64,000 bases of DNA from an uncultured Desulfobulbus sp. (GCA_963664075.1 OY760916.1:4124710-4188709); one strand, 5' to 3'; positions 8,969-19,477 are shown, counted from the first letter of the stretch. A program made the numbers and translations. Notes: generated by a model from the letters alone, not told the origin.

Positions 8969-11916
8969 TACAATGTATCAAGCAGCATCCGCACTTTATT
9001 CGCAAGAGCCGTATGGGAAAAGGGTTTTTGAATGAACTGAATCCCCTGCTCAAGCACCCCCTGATGAGCAATAATATCAGCCGTATATCCAGACATGAAC
9101 AAACTCTTTGCATGAGGGTGTTCTTCCAACACCCGCTGCACCAGCTCACGACCATTCATCTCCGGCATGACCACATCGGTGAGGACAAGATCGATGTTTC
9201 CGGCATAGACAGTGCTTTTATGCACCGCATCATGGGGAGAGGTTGAGGCGATGACCGTATACCCCAGGTGTTCCAGCATGGCCTTTGTCATTTCTAAAAT
9301 TTCTGGCTCGTCTTCCACCACCAGGATTGTTTCTGTCCCCCCCACCGTCTGTACGACTGTCTCCCTGACCTCCTCGTGGGCAGATTCTTCAACCCGGGGG
9401 ATATACACTGTAAAAACGGTTCCTTGTCCCGGCTCACTATAGACATTCACAAAACCGTCATTCTGGCGGACAATGCCATAAACCGTGGCCAGCCCCAGAC
9501 CTGTCCCCTGGCCCACAATCTTTGTGGTGAAAAAAGGTTCGAACACCTGAGTCACGGTGTCCTTATCCATACCGCTTCCGTTATCGGCCACGGAAATCCG
9601 AACATAGTCACCGGGAACAAATCCTGTATGCGCCGCACAGTAGGTTGCATCAAAACTGCAATTTTGTGTCTCCACTATAATGGTGCCAACTCCTGCAATG
9701 GCATCCCGCGCATTGACACAGAGATTGGCCAGGATCTGATCAATCTGTGAAGGATCCGCCTTCACTGACCCAAGCTCCTCTTCGGGCAACCAGGTGAGGG
9801 TAATATCCTCGCCGATGAGCCGCCGCAAAATCGAAAGCATATTTTCGATGGTGGTATTGAGGTTCAATAACTTAGGGGCAATGGGTTGTTTTCGGGCAAA
9901 AGCGAGCAGCTGGCGGGTCAAATCAGCAGAACGATCCACAATGGTGCGGATGGCCTGAAAACGATGATAATCGGGATCTGTGGGGTCACGTTTGAGCATG
10001 GCCATATCGGCATGGCCCTGGACCACCATGAGCATATTATTAAAATCATGGGCTATGCCACCGGCAAGCCGGGCAACGGATTCCATCTTCTGTGATTGCA
10101 GCAGCTGGGCTTCCAGGGTTGCATGTTCTTCTTCAGCCTGCTTGCGCTCACTGATATCGACATGGGTACCGACCATACGCAGGGCCTTTCCGTTCTCATC
10201 CCGTGCTGCCGCTTTGCCCCGCCCCTGAATCCATTTCCAACTTCCGTCTCGACTGCGCAGTCGATACTCAACAATAAAGGATTCGCATCGTCCTTCAATG
10301 CAGTCCGTGTTGGCAGCTATAACGGATTCCCGATCCTCTGGATGAAGCATCTCCATCCAGACATTGGCATCCTGGGGTTTTTCCTCCCCCTCGTACCCCA
10401 GCATGGCCCAGTAATTGGGACTGTAATAGACCGAGTTTTCCTGAATGTTCCAGTCCCAGAGACCATCCTTGGTGGCCTCCATGGCCAGCCGAAACCGCTC
10501 TTCACCAACCCGCAGTGCCTCCTCGGCCTGTCTGCGTTCGGCCATGGCCCGTGCCTGCTGCATATTCTGATAGGCAGAGAGGGAGAGTTGGTTGGCAAGG
10601 GTATGCAGGGCATTAGCTATCTGTTCAAAACGTTTTCGCTCCATTGAAGGAACTTCCGCGTAGGCCTCCATGAAGACCTCTTCATCAACGCCGATTTTCT
10701 GCGCATACTGTCGTAGAGAGGGCTCATCCTGATGCTCGTTGCGCACCTGCCCGATAAGCCAGTTGGCCACGTGATGCCCGCCCACGCTGATACTGGCCCC
10801 TGCATCCCAAAGCCCTCCACTGAGACAGAGCTGGACAATGGGGCCCTCGGGATGATGTCGTCCTAAAATCGCATCAGATCTGAAACAGTTGGCACAGCCG
10901 ACCTCTGTCTGACGGATGATACCGCTGCACAGACGTGTAAAATTACTGGGCCGGGTTATGGGGACGCCATCGGTCCTGGTAATGATGGAGGCAACATTGG
11001 TGGCATTGGCGAACTCATCCTGAATCTGCTGAATACGATCGAGATCAAAAAGTTCTTCAAAACTGAACGAACTCTCCCGGGTCGCTGGACAGGTGAGGGC
11101 GACAAGACGTTTTTCCAGAGCTTCTTCCAGCTGTTTAAATTCGGTGATATCACGAAATTCGACCACCCGTACCGTCTTCCCTTTGTAGGGAATGTTGGCA
11201 CCACGCAGACGGACAGGATACTGGCTGCCGTCTTTACGCTCAGCCAAAGCCTCATAGGCTGCATCATAACCCCTTTGTATATTTCGCCTGACCAAATCGC
11301 GCGTTTTTGCAGCAATGAGTTGCAGTCCATCCATGCCGATCAGTTCATCCAGGGGGTATCCGGTCTGCTCGGCCAATCCCTGGTTACAATCAAGAATCAC
11401 CCCTTGATCATGAATGGCGATACCACCAAAGGAGGCATTGTGCAGGGCTCGAAACCTCTCTTCACTTTCACGTAAAACCTGCTCATGTTCTTTTTGCTGA
11501 GTAATATCCTGAAAAAAACAGTGGGTTTGGAGAAAAGTTCCATCTTGTGCTGTGGCAATTTTCCCATGAAAAGAGACAAAAATGCGACTGCCGTCCTGCT
11601 TGAGCAGAGCAAATTCCACCCCGGAGATTTCACCTGCCTGTTTAAAACGAGCAAAGTTGACCTGAAACGCTGCGTGGGCCTCAGGAGAGAGAAAAACGGT
11701 AAAATTTTTCCCCAAGACCTCTTCACGAGACCACCCCAGTATGTCGAGCCAGCGCTGGTTTACATCAATGAGATCACCATCAATGCTGAGCGATTGATAG
11801 GCCAATGAAGATTGCTCATGCAGCTGACGAAGTTGTTGACACTCTGCGCGCAAGGCATCAATCTGCTGATGCAATGCAATGTACTGCTGTGATTCCTGCC
11901 CGGTTATTGTATCCAT
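8968..11916 (-). CDS. Hybrid sensor histidine kinase/response regulator (PAS-PAS-PocR-PAS-HisKA-HATPase-REC)
   Basis: PocR-like region (IQDEFANAT...CLSGGLWDAGASISVGG), GIAHDFNN H-box, GQGTGLGLA G2 box, VLTDVVMPEMNG receiver. Confidence 0.92.
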   Translation of the reverse strand: MDTITGQESQQYIALHQQIDALRAECQQLRQLHEQSSLAYQSLSIDGDLIDVNQRWLDILGWSREEVLGKNFTVFLSPEAHAAFQVNFARFKQAGEISGVEFALLKQDGSRIFVSFHGKIATAQDGTFLQTHCFFQDITQQKEHEQVLRESEERFRALHNASFGGIAIHDQGVILDCNQGLAEQTGYPLDELIGMDGLQLIAAKTRDLVRRNIQRGYDAAYEALAERKDGSQYPVRLRGANIPYKGKTVRVVEFRDITEFKQLEEALEKRLVALTCPATRESSFSFEELFDLDRIQQIQDEFANATNVASIITRTDGVPITRPSNFTRLCSGIIRQTEVGCANCFRSDAILGRHHPEGPIVQLCLSGGLWDAGASISVGGHHVANWLIGQVRNEHQDEPSLRQYAQKIGVDEEVFMEAYAEVPSMERKRFEQIANALHTLANQLSLSAYQNMQQARAMAERRQAEEALRVGEERFRLAMEATKDGLWDWNIQENSVYYSPNYWAMLGYEGEEKPQDANVWMEMLHPEDRESVIAANTDCIEGRCESFIVEYRLRSRDGSWKWIQGRGKAAARDENGKALRMVGTHVDISERKQAEEEHATLEAQLLQSQKMESVARLAGGIAHDFNNMLMVVQGHADMAMLKRDPTDPDYHRFQAIRTIVDRSADLTRQLLAFARKQPIAPKLLNLNTTIENMLSILRRLIGEDITLTWLPEEELGSVKADPSQIDQILANLCVNARDAIAGVGTIIVETQNCSFDATYCAAHTGFVPGDYVRISVADNGSGMDKDTVTQVFEPFFTTKIVGQGTGLGLATVYGIVRQNDGFVNVYSEPGQGTVFTVYIPRVEESAHEEVRETVVQTVGGTETILVVEDEPEILEMTKAMLEHLGYTVIASTSPHDAVHKSTVYAGNIDLVLTDVVMPEMNGRELVQRVLEEHPHAKSLFMSGYTADIIAHQGVLEQGIQFIQKPFSHTALANKVRMLLDTL

Positions 11917-12052
11917 TTACCTGTGGTCATACCGTTCATAGTGGAAGGGTATCGGCATTTTAGATCAGTGCTTTTTTTGCAGTTAATCTGTACTTTTACT
12001 ATTACAAACCTTAGAGCTCTGCCATAACACGAGTCGCAATAAATTTCTGTAT

Positions 12053-12095
12053 AAAAAAAAAGCCACCAGCGACACTCAAAGGTCGAAGGTGGCTT
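12053..12095 (-). terminator. Intrinsic terminator downstream of the MCP gene
   Basis: AAGCCACC...GGTGGCTT stem followed on the minus strand by a 9-T run. Confidence 0.65.
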
Positions 12096-12141
12096 GTAGA
12101 GTTGTGCTGAACAATAGGCAGAAGAGTGGAGAGTGCTTTCT

Positions 12142-13935
12142 TCAGACCGTAAATTTTTCAATCATCTTCTTCAGTACCTCCGCCATCGCATCAAGTTTGG
12201 AGACATTGTCTGAAATCTGCCGACTCCCCTCTGTTACATCCTTTGCGGCCTGATTGACCTCGTTCAGATCCAGATCTATTTGCCGAGACATGGCGCTACT
12301 TTCTGCAATCCGTTCGTTAATCTCTTCGACGACGCTGGATGCCTGACTGATATTGCTTGAAATTTCATCGGTTGCGGCCGTTTGCTCTGTCACAGATTCC
12401 GCGACCAGCAGAGTAATCTGATTTATCTCCGTAATTACCTCTGCCATACCACTTATTTCTGTCAATGTGCTACCAATTGCACGCTGTACCGTCTCGATTT
12501 GCTGTTGTATCTCGCTAGTGGCACTGGCTGTCTGGACAGATAGATCTTTGATTTCATTGGCCACAATGGCAAAACCTTTGCCCGCCTCTCCAGCACGGGC
12601 AGCTTCAATGGTCGCGTTCAAGGCAAGAAGATTGGTCTGATCCGATATTTCGGCGATGGTGGCGGTCACCTTATCGATATCCTGAGCAATGGACCGGAGT
12701 TGATCAATCTGCAGGGTCGCCTGCTCCGAACGTTTCACCCCCTGTTCAGATACCCGCCTGGCATTATCGCTACTATGGGATATTTCCTGCAGGGTGGTAC
12801 TCATCTCCTCGGTTGCCGAGGCCATAATCGCAATGTTGGAAGACGCCTCTTCCATGGCGGCTGCGATGGCATTCATGTTATCGCTCATCACCGTACTTGA
12901 GGAGGAGACCCTGTCTGTTTTTGAGGAAGCAGCCACAGAGGTTCCTGAAATATCTTGTGATATATTCAAAAGATGGGCCGACGCATTGGTGATGGTATCG
13001 GTGTTACCGGCAACCTGGCTGATCATCTTTTGCAGGTTTTCAATGAACTTGTTGAAATTGTCTACCAGCACACCAATTTCGTCGTTATTGAAGGCATCAA
13101 GTCGCTGGGTCAGATCAGCATCCCCGGAGGCAATATTTTCCAGGCTTTTTGTCACCGAGCTAATGGGTTTGGCCACCGCATAGTGGACAAGAAAATAAAA
13201 GGCAAACATGGCACACCCCAGCCCGACCAAGGTAATGACAAACGCCTTGATCAGGTCTTTGCGCAATTTGCTGTCAGCTGGTTTCAGTGACTGCACAATT
13301 TCAAAGGCACCATGAATTTCCCCAACCTGCCAATTTTCCATGGTTCCCCCGGTGGGATCCTTCCCTCCCTCAAGTCCCCAGAGTTGTACCGAGGTAGCTG
13401 GATCGCCATGGCACATCAAACAGGTTTGGCTCAGACGAATAGGTAAAAAATAACGAACCGCATTCTGCTCTTCATCTATGACGAAATACTCGTCGAGGTT
13501 CTCCTCTTTGATTTTCTTTAATGCCGGGGCCTCTATCTTATATTGCAGCCCATAGTCAGGTAAATTCTTAGGGTTTCGAGGCTCAAATTTAGGAACCCGC
13601 AAGACATAGTCGCCCTGTTCCGCCTTTTTCATGGCCGCTTTCCAGGCGGTAACCACAGGGACCATATTGAGCACGTGGTCCAATTTTCCTTCCTGCGACA
13701 ATGTGCGGACCTGTTCGGTCGTGAACAATCCCTGCTCCCATTTATCATCCATCTCCTGGCGTACAGATTCAGCCGCCAAAGCTATACTTCGCGCTTTGTC
13801 AACATAGGCCGTCACCGTATTATTATGGATCATGCGGGCAAAAAAGGACATCAGCCCAAAGCCAAGCAAGGCGACGATAATAATCCCTATGGATAAAAAC
13901 TTGCTTGTCAGGGAGAGGTTGCGCAGAAATTTCAT
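12142..13935 (-). CDS. Methyl-accepting chemotaxis protein with periplasmic DUF3365-like heme-c domain
   Basis: Two TM helices, CLMCH (CxxCH) in the periplasmic part, HAMP domain, [31 protein letters not shown] signalling motif. Start at 13935 (alternative 13953). Confidence 0.92.
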   Translation of the reverse strand: MKFLRNLSLTSKFLSIGIIIVALLGFGLMSFFARMIHNNTVTAYVDKARSIALAAESVRQEMDDKWEQGLFTTEQVRTLSQEGKLDHVLNMVPVVTAWKAAMKKAEQGDYVLRVPKFEPRNPKNLPDYGLQYKIEAPALKKIKEENLDEYFVIDEEQNAVRYFLPIRLSQTCLMCHGDPATSVQLWGLEGGKDPTGGTMENWQVGEIHGAFEIVQSLKPADSKLRKDLIKAFVITLVGLGCAMFAFYFLVHYAVAKPISSVTKSLENIASGDADLTQRLDAFNNDEIGVLVDNFNKFIENLQKMISQVAGNTDTITNASAHLLNISQDISGTSVAASSKTDRVSSSSTVMSDNMNAIAAAMEEASSNIAIMASATEEMSTTLQEISHSSDNARRVSEQGVKRSEQATLQIDQLRSIAQDIDKVTATIAEISDQTNLLALNATIEAARAGEAGKGFAIVANEIKDLSVQTASATSEIQQQIETVQRAIGSTLTEISGMAEVITEINQITLLVAESVTEQTAATDEISSNISQASSVVEEINERIAESSAMSRQIDLDLNEVNQAAKDVTEGSRQISDNVSKLDAMAEVLKKMIEKFTV

Positions 13936-14273
13936 AAGCCTCCGGCAAATCACAAGGTTGCTGACGAGGAGATACTCAATTCTGAGGGTCTCACTGTTCG
14001 AATAAAATCTATCTCAATGAAGAAATATTATCACAGCCCATCACCAGCAGGCAATGGGACCTATTTAAAAAATAACGAATTACCAAATAGTTACCTTGCC
14101 AGATATCTGAAATATAACCTTATGAAACTACAGGAAAAGTCCCATTTTTTAGTGACCGGCCATCAATTTATAGCAAATAATTCAAGGAATTTTGTATGCA
14201 TTCCAGCGCCTCCTTCAGCGCACAGTCCTGACACAACAGGAGAATTTTTCTTGTGTCCCTTAACCTGACCGAT

Positions 14274-14299
14274 TAAAAATCGACCAGAGTCGATTTTTA
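14274..14299. promoter_or_regulatory. Probable TetR operator
   Basis: Perfect 11-4-11 palindrome TAAAAATCGAC-caga-GTCGATTTTTA ending 22 nt upstream of the tetR-family ATG. Confidence 0.7.
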
Positions 14300-14321
14300 T
14301 TTTTCAATACGAAGAGGGGAG

Positions 14322-14941
14322 ATGGCCGATAAACGGGAACAAAAAAAACAGCAGACCAGAAATGCCATCCTTCAGGCGGCACTGACACTTTTTCCTGCAA
14401 AAGGGTACAAGGCGACCACCATGGATGAGCTGGCCAGGCAGGGATCGGTAAAGGAACCCTCTACACCTACTTTCCAGGGAAAAGTTCCATTTTCCTCACC
14501 ATTATTGAAGAGCAGCTCACTGTTATTGCAGCAACCATCAGCGAAGCGCTTCAGGCCCCTCAGCCGCTCTTGCAGCGCCTGGTGGCAATTTACCAAACAG
14601 AATTTCAATTTATCGCTCAATATCCTGAGTTTGGGCGAATACTCATGCGTGAGACCTACTTTCCCCGCGACCTCGATCCCGACCTGCTTCAACGCCAGAA
14701 GCAACGCTACATAGACCTTCTCCTGCCCCTACTTAGAGAGGCGCAGCTGGCTGGCGAGCTGCGGTCTGATCTGGAGCTTCCCTTTGTTCTGGGGCATCTC
14801 TATGGATTGTATACCGTTGTCCTTTCGGCCTGGTTTCGAGATCGATTGACCACAGAAAAAGAGTGCATCACCTTACTGACCATCCTGTTTGAACAGGCCC
14901 TTCAGGGCCTCATGCCTCAGCCCCAGAATGCCCATGAATGA
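14322..14941 (+). pseudogene. TetR/AcrR-family repressor, frameshifted within the HTH
   Basis: The first frame gives ...TTMDELARQ. The shifted frame continues GIGKGTLYTYFPGKSSIFLTIIEEQ... through to the stop at 14941. The break is at CAGGCAGG (14435-14442). Confidence 0.85.
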
Positions 14942-16094
14942 TCCAAATACTCCCCGGCAGATACATCCCCAAAGAAAAAACAGTTGGCGCTTCATCCTCT
15001 GGAAATATTTACCGCAACTGATCCTGGTGCTTCTGCTCGTCAGTATTGCCTTGGTTTCCCTGGTGGTGAAACAGCGAAAGCAGGAGCTGGAAGCGGCAAA
15101 AAAAGCAACCCACGCGACCGAAAAGCCTCTGGTAAACACCGTCGCTCTCAAACTGAGCCCCCGTACCATGGTCGATGCGATCAATCTGCCCGGTACCATT
15201 GAGCCCTGGACGCGGCTGGAACTGAAAGCCAAAGTCAGCGGGGCCATTGTCGAGGTCTTGGCGCAGGAGGGAGAGCAGGTGAGGGCGGGGCAGGTGCTTG
15301 CCCGTATCGAGGAGGAGGATTTCCGCATCGCCGTTGCAGCGGCACGTGCCGCCTATGCGCTGGCCAGATCCGACTATGCCCGGAGCCAGTCCATGCATAA
15401 GACCAAGGTCGTCGCCCAGGCGAACCTCGAGGCAGCGTCTGCCCACCTCCAGGCAACAAAAGCGGAATTGGAGCGAGCAGAGTTGCAGTTGTCTCGTTGC
15501 GCCATTACCGCCCCCATGGATGCGGTCATCAAGCGACTGGATGCCAAGATTGGTGCCTACCTCAGCGTAGGCGATCCCCTGGCGGAACTCCTGAATATAG
15601 ACAAGGTCAAAGCCGTGATCGGCATTCCAGAATCCGATGTGGATGCTGTCAGGCGGATTACAACCGTGGACCTGAGCATACCGGCGCTGGGCAACAAACA
15701 GCTCCGCGGCAGCAGTCTCTTTGTGGCCCCATCCCCGGACAGTACGGCCCATCTCTTTCGTTTTGAGGTGGCTCTTGATAACCCGCAACATGCAATTCTG
15801 CCAGGCATGTTCTTTCGAGCCCAGATCATCAAACGCACGCTTGCGCAGGCGATTGCCGTGCCCCTTTATGCCATTATCAGCCGTGATGACGAGCAGTATG
15901 TCTTTGTGGTGGAGGACAACAAGGCCCGGAAGCAACCTGTTTCCCTGGGTGTAATTGAACAGTGGCAGGTGGAGGTCACCCGCGGCCTCGGTCCGGGTCA
16001 GGAAATATTGATCGAGGGACACCGGGAGGTTGAAGACGGCCAACCGATCAAACTGATGCGCGTGGTCAACGACCCGAGTCAACTCGTGCCATGA
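14934..16094 (+). CDS. RND efflux periplasmic adaptor (membrane fusion protein)
   Basis: TM anchor, LKAKVSGAIVEV...GEQVRAGQVLARI, ITAPMDAVI. The start overlaps the tetR stop. Confidence 0.92.
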   Translation: MNDPNTPRQIHPQRKNSWRFILWKYLPQLILVLLLVSIALVSLVVKQRKQELEAAKKATHATEKPLVNTVALKLSPRTMVDAINLPGTIEPWTRLELKAKVSGAIVEVLAQEGEQVRAGQVLARIEEEDFRIAVAAARAAYALARSDYARSQSMHKTKVVAQANLEAASAHLQATKAELERAELQLSRCAITAPMDAVIKRLDAKIGAYLSVGDPLAELLNIDKVKAVIGIPESDVDAVRRITTVDLSIPALGNKQLRGSSLFVAPSPDSTAHLFRFEVALDNPQHAILPGMFFRAQIIKRTLAQAIAVPLYAIISRDDEQYVFVVEDNKARKQPVSLGVIEQWQVEVTRGLGPGQEILIEGHREVEDGQPIKLMRVVNDPSQLVP

Positions 16095-19000
16095 TTATCT
16101 CCAACACAGCTGTTAAAAATTCGACCACGGTGGTGGTGCTTTCTCTCTTGATCATCACCTTTGGTGTCTACTCCTACCTGATTCTCCCCCGGGAGTCCGA
16201 TCCGGACATCACCATCCCCAATGTCTTCATCTCCACCAATTATCGCGGTGTCTCTCCCAAAGACATGGAGACAGCGGTGACCGTGGAGATAGAGAAAAAA
16301 CTCAAAGGTCTTGATGGATTAAAAAAGATTCAATCGGTCAGTTCCGAGGGCAACTCCTCCATCAACGTCGAGTTTGTCACCGGAACGGACATTGATCAGG
16401 CCCTGCAGGATGTCAAGGACAAGGTAGACGAGGCCATGGGCGAGCTGCCCACGGATCTGGATGAAGATCCTTCGGTCTTTGAGGTCAACTTTTCCGAGAT
16501 GCCCATCGTTGTGTTTTCCCTCTCCGGAGACTCTGCGCTTGCCCAACTCAAAGAAATCGCCGACGATCTGGAAGATGACATCGAGGCCATTACCGGTGTC
16601 CTTGAGGTGGATGTCACCGGCGGGGTGGAGCGTGAGATTCGCGTAGAAGTCGATCCGGACAAACTCTCCTTTTACGGACTTAGCTTTGGCACCCTGCAGC
16701 AGGTGGTTCAAAGTGAAAACCAGAACACCTCCGGCGGGGCCATACGCCTTGGTTCCGGTCGCTTTCTCCTGCGGGTACCCGGTGAGTTCAGCACACCTGA
16801 GGACATTTTCTGGCTGGTTGTCGCCACCCATGAGGGGCAACCGGTCTATCTCAAGGATGTGGCCCGGGTTGTGGATGACTTCAAGGAGGAAACCAGTCGC
16901 GCCCGGCTTGATGGACGAAGCGCGATCAACCTGGCAGTAAAAAAACGCTCGGGGGAAAACATCATCGACATCAGCCGTGCAATCGACCAAGTCATTGCAC
17001 AGCGGCAGGCCACCTGGCCCCAGGGAACCGAGGTGACCAAGGTCATGGATAAGGCCAAGGATATCGGCATCATGGTCGCCGACCTGGAAAACAATATCCT
17101 CTCCGGGTTGGTGCTGGTGCTGATCGTGATTTTCTTTGCCATGGGCCTGAGAAACGCCATCCTGGTGAGCCTCTCCATTCCCTTTTCCATGCTGCTCACC
17201 TTCACCGCGCTCTCGATCATGGGCATCACCCTCAACATGGTGGTCCTCTTTAGCCTGACCCTGGCTCTGGGCATGCTGGTGGATAACGCCATTGTTATCA
17301 TAGAAAATATTCACCGCTTCATGGAACAGGGAGCAAACCGTCGAGATGCGGCGATGCAGGCGACCTCGGAAGTCGCCTACCCGGTCATTGCCTCCACTCT
17401 GACAACCCTTGCCGCCTTTGCCCCCATGCTCTTCTGGCCGGGTATCATGGGCGAGTTCATGAGTTATCTGCCGCTCACTCTGATCGTTACCTTAAGCTCC
17501 TCGCTCTTTGTGGCCCTGGTAATCAATCCGGCTTTGGCCTCCCTGCTGATGCGAGCACCCGAGGGCGTTGTTTCCACCCCAGATGACATGGAAACACCTG
17601 CAGCAGTGGAGCAACCCGTGGGTCTCGATGGCCCGGTCCTGCGGCGCTACGGAGCATTGCTGAAATTCTCACTCAACAATCCTTTCACCGTACTTCTCGG
17701 TTCTTTTGGGGTACTGGTGTTGATGGTCCAGGGCTGGCTTCTGGTGATCGGCCTGGAAAAACCGGTGGAATTCTTTCCGGAAATTGACCCCAAGGGCATA
17801 TATGTCAATGTGGAGACACCTGAGGGTGCCGACCTGGAGTATATCGACCGGGTCATGCAGCGCCTTGAGATGGTCATTGCCGGTGCGGATCCTGCGCTGG
17901 TGGAAGCGGACAACTTCACCCGAGATGACTACAAAAAGACGCTTACAACCCAAGCGTACACCACCAAAACCGGGTACCGCTATCAGGGGCCCAGCGATCT
18001 GAAAAATATCGAGACTCTCTACATGAAGGGGGTGGTGACCGCGCCCCCGGGATCGAGTTTTGATCCCAACACGCCAACCCACATCGGCGTTCGTTTTCTG
18101 GATCTGCAGGACCGCTGGGAGTCTTCCCTGGACACGGTGGAGCGTATCCGTCAACGGGTGGCGCCCATTGCGGGCGGTAAAATCACCATAGCCATGGAAG
18201 AGCAGGGCCCCCCAACTGGTTCTCCGATCAATATTGAAATTGCGGGGGATGATTTTGCCGTCTTAGGGGCGCTGGCAAAAAAGGTCAAAGCAATCCTGGC
18301 CGACATGCCCAACGTGGAGGATATTCGCGATGATTTCAACGAGGGCACTCCAGCGGTTAAGATCCTGATCGACCGGCAGAAGGCCGCCCTTTTTGGTCTG
18401 ACCACCGACGCCATCGGTTTTGCTCTGAAAACCGCGTACAACGGGCTGGATGTCTCCACCTACCGGGAACGTGATGATGATTACGATATCACCGTTCAGC
18501 TGGCCGAGGATGACAGACGGGTGGTGGATGTACTCCATCAGCTTATTATTCCAGCACCCAACGGGACCATGGTGCCACTCTCCACCCTGGCCCAGGTACG
18601 ATTCACCGGTTCCATCGGTGATATCACCCGCATCAACAATGAGCGGGTGGTAACGGTCCAGGCCAATGTTAACGAAACCCAAACCACAGGACCGGTCATG
18701 CGCCAGCAGGCCGAGGAGCTGCTGGCCAAGTTCCCGCTGCCACCGGGGTACCGCATCACCTTTACCGGCGAGTTTGAATTTCAGCAGGAATCCGAGCAGT
18801 TTCTCTCCAAGGCCTTTGTGGTGGCCCTGCTGTTGATCTTTCTGGTCCTGGTAGCCCAGTTCAACTCGGTGAGCCAGCCCTTTCTCATCATGACTTCGGT
18901 GGTTCTCTCTCTGGGAGGCGCTTTTTTGGGACTCATGGTCTTTCGCCAACCCTTTGGCATTATCATGACCGGGGTCGGGGTGATTTCCCTTGCCGGGGTC

Positions 19001-19402
19001 GTGGTCAACAATGCCATTGTCCTCATTGACTATATCAACAAGCTGCGTGAACGGGGCATGGAGCTTAACGAGGCGGTGATCAATGGCGGGGCCACCCGCC
19101 TGCGCCCGGTACTGCTCACCGCGGTTACGACCATTTTAGGGCTGATCCCCATGATCACGGGTATTTCCTTTGATTTTCATAACCTGAGTATTGCCTGGGT
19201 CAGTGAATCCAGCCAGTGGTGGCGCTCCATGGCCGTGGTCGTTGCCTTTGGCCTGATCATTGCCACCTTTCTCACCCTGGTGGTGGTCCCCACCATGTAC
19301 TTTCTCATGCAGCGCGGGAAAGATCATTCCCGGTACTGGAAGGACAGGGTACACAAGGCCTACTGGGGACTTTTTGAACGGTTGTTTGGAGAAAACGCAT
19401 GA
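16091..19402 (+). CDS. RND efflux transporter (AcrB/AcrD/AcrF family)
   Basis: GMLVDNAIVIIENI, GVVVNNAIVLID, RLRPVLLTAVTTILGLIP; ATGA coupling to the adaptor gene. Confidence 0.95.
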   Translation: MIISNTAVKNSTTVVVLSLLIITFGVYSYLILPRESDPDITIPNVFISTNYRGVSPKDMETAVTVEIEKKLKGLDGLKKIQSVSSEGNSSINVEFVTGTDIDQALQDVKDKVDEAMGELPTDLDEDPSVFEVNFSEMPIVVFSLSGDSALAQLKEIADDLEDDIEAITGVLEVDVTGGVEREIRVEVDPDKLSFYGLSFGTLQQVVQSENQNTSGGAIRLGSGRFLLRVPGEFSTPEDIFWLVVATHEGQPVYLKDVARVVDDFKEETSRARLDGRSAINLAVKKRSGENIIDISRAIDQVIAQRQATWPQGTEVTKVMDKAKDIGIMVADLENNILSGLVLVLIVIFFAMGLRNAILVSLSIPFSMLLTFTALSIMGITLNMVVLFSLTLALGMLVDNAIVIIENIHRFMEQGANRRDAAMQATSEVAYPVIASTLTTLAAFAPMLFWPGIMGEFMSYLPLTLIVTLSSSLFVALVINPALASLLMRAPEGVVSTPDDMETPAAVEQPVGLDGPVLRRYGALLKFSLNNPFTVLLGSFGVLVLMVQGWLLVIGLEKPVEFFPEIDPKGIYVNVETPEGADLEYIDRVMQRLEMVIAGADPALVEADNFTRDDYKKTLTTQAYTTKTGYRYQGPSDLKNIETLYMKGVVTAPPGSSFDPNTPTHIGVRFLDLQDRWESSLDTVERIRQRVAPIAGGKITIAMEEQGPPTGSPINIEIAGDDFAVLGALAKKVKAILADMPNVEDIRDDFNEGTPAVKILIDRQKAALFGLTTDAIGFALKTAYNGLDVSTYRERDDDYDITVQLAEDDRRVVDVLHQLIIPAPNGTMVPLSTLAQVRFTGSIGDITRINNERVVTVQANVNETQTTGPVMRQQAEELLAKFPLPPGYRITFTGEFEFQQESEQFLSKAFVVALLLIFLVLVAQFNSVSQPFLIMTSVVLSLGGAFLGLMVFRQPFGIIMTGVGVISLAGVVVNNAIVLIDYINKLRERGMELNEAVINGGATRLRPVLLTAVTTILGLIPMITGISFDFHNLSIAWVSESSQWWRSMAVVVAFGLIIATFLTLVVVPTMYFLMQRGKDHSRYWKDRVHKAYWGLFERLFGENA

Positions 19403-19413
19403 GGAGATAAGGG

Positions 19414-19477
19414 GTAAGCGATCACGGGGGACCGAATATACAGGGAGCGTCCGGAGATTCCCCCCCTGATCGGTTAC
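19414..19477 (+). repeat. GTAAGCGAT hairpin repeat, copy 1
   Basis: 19414-19440 matches 46641-46667 at 24/27 nt; the element folds back (GTAA.CGATCA.GGGGG / CCCCC.TGATCG.TTAC). Confidence 0.7.

Noticed and set aside
15009-17314. Long minus-strand ORFs (357 aa, 331 aa) opposite the MFP and RND genes
   Set aside because: Antisense shadows of GC-biased coding sequence; no motifs or ribosome-binding sites.
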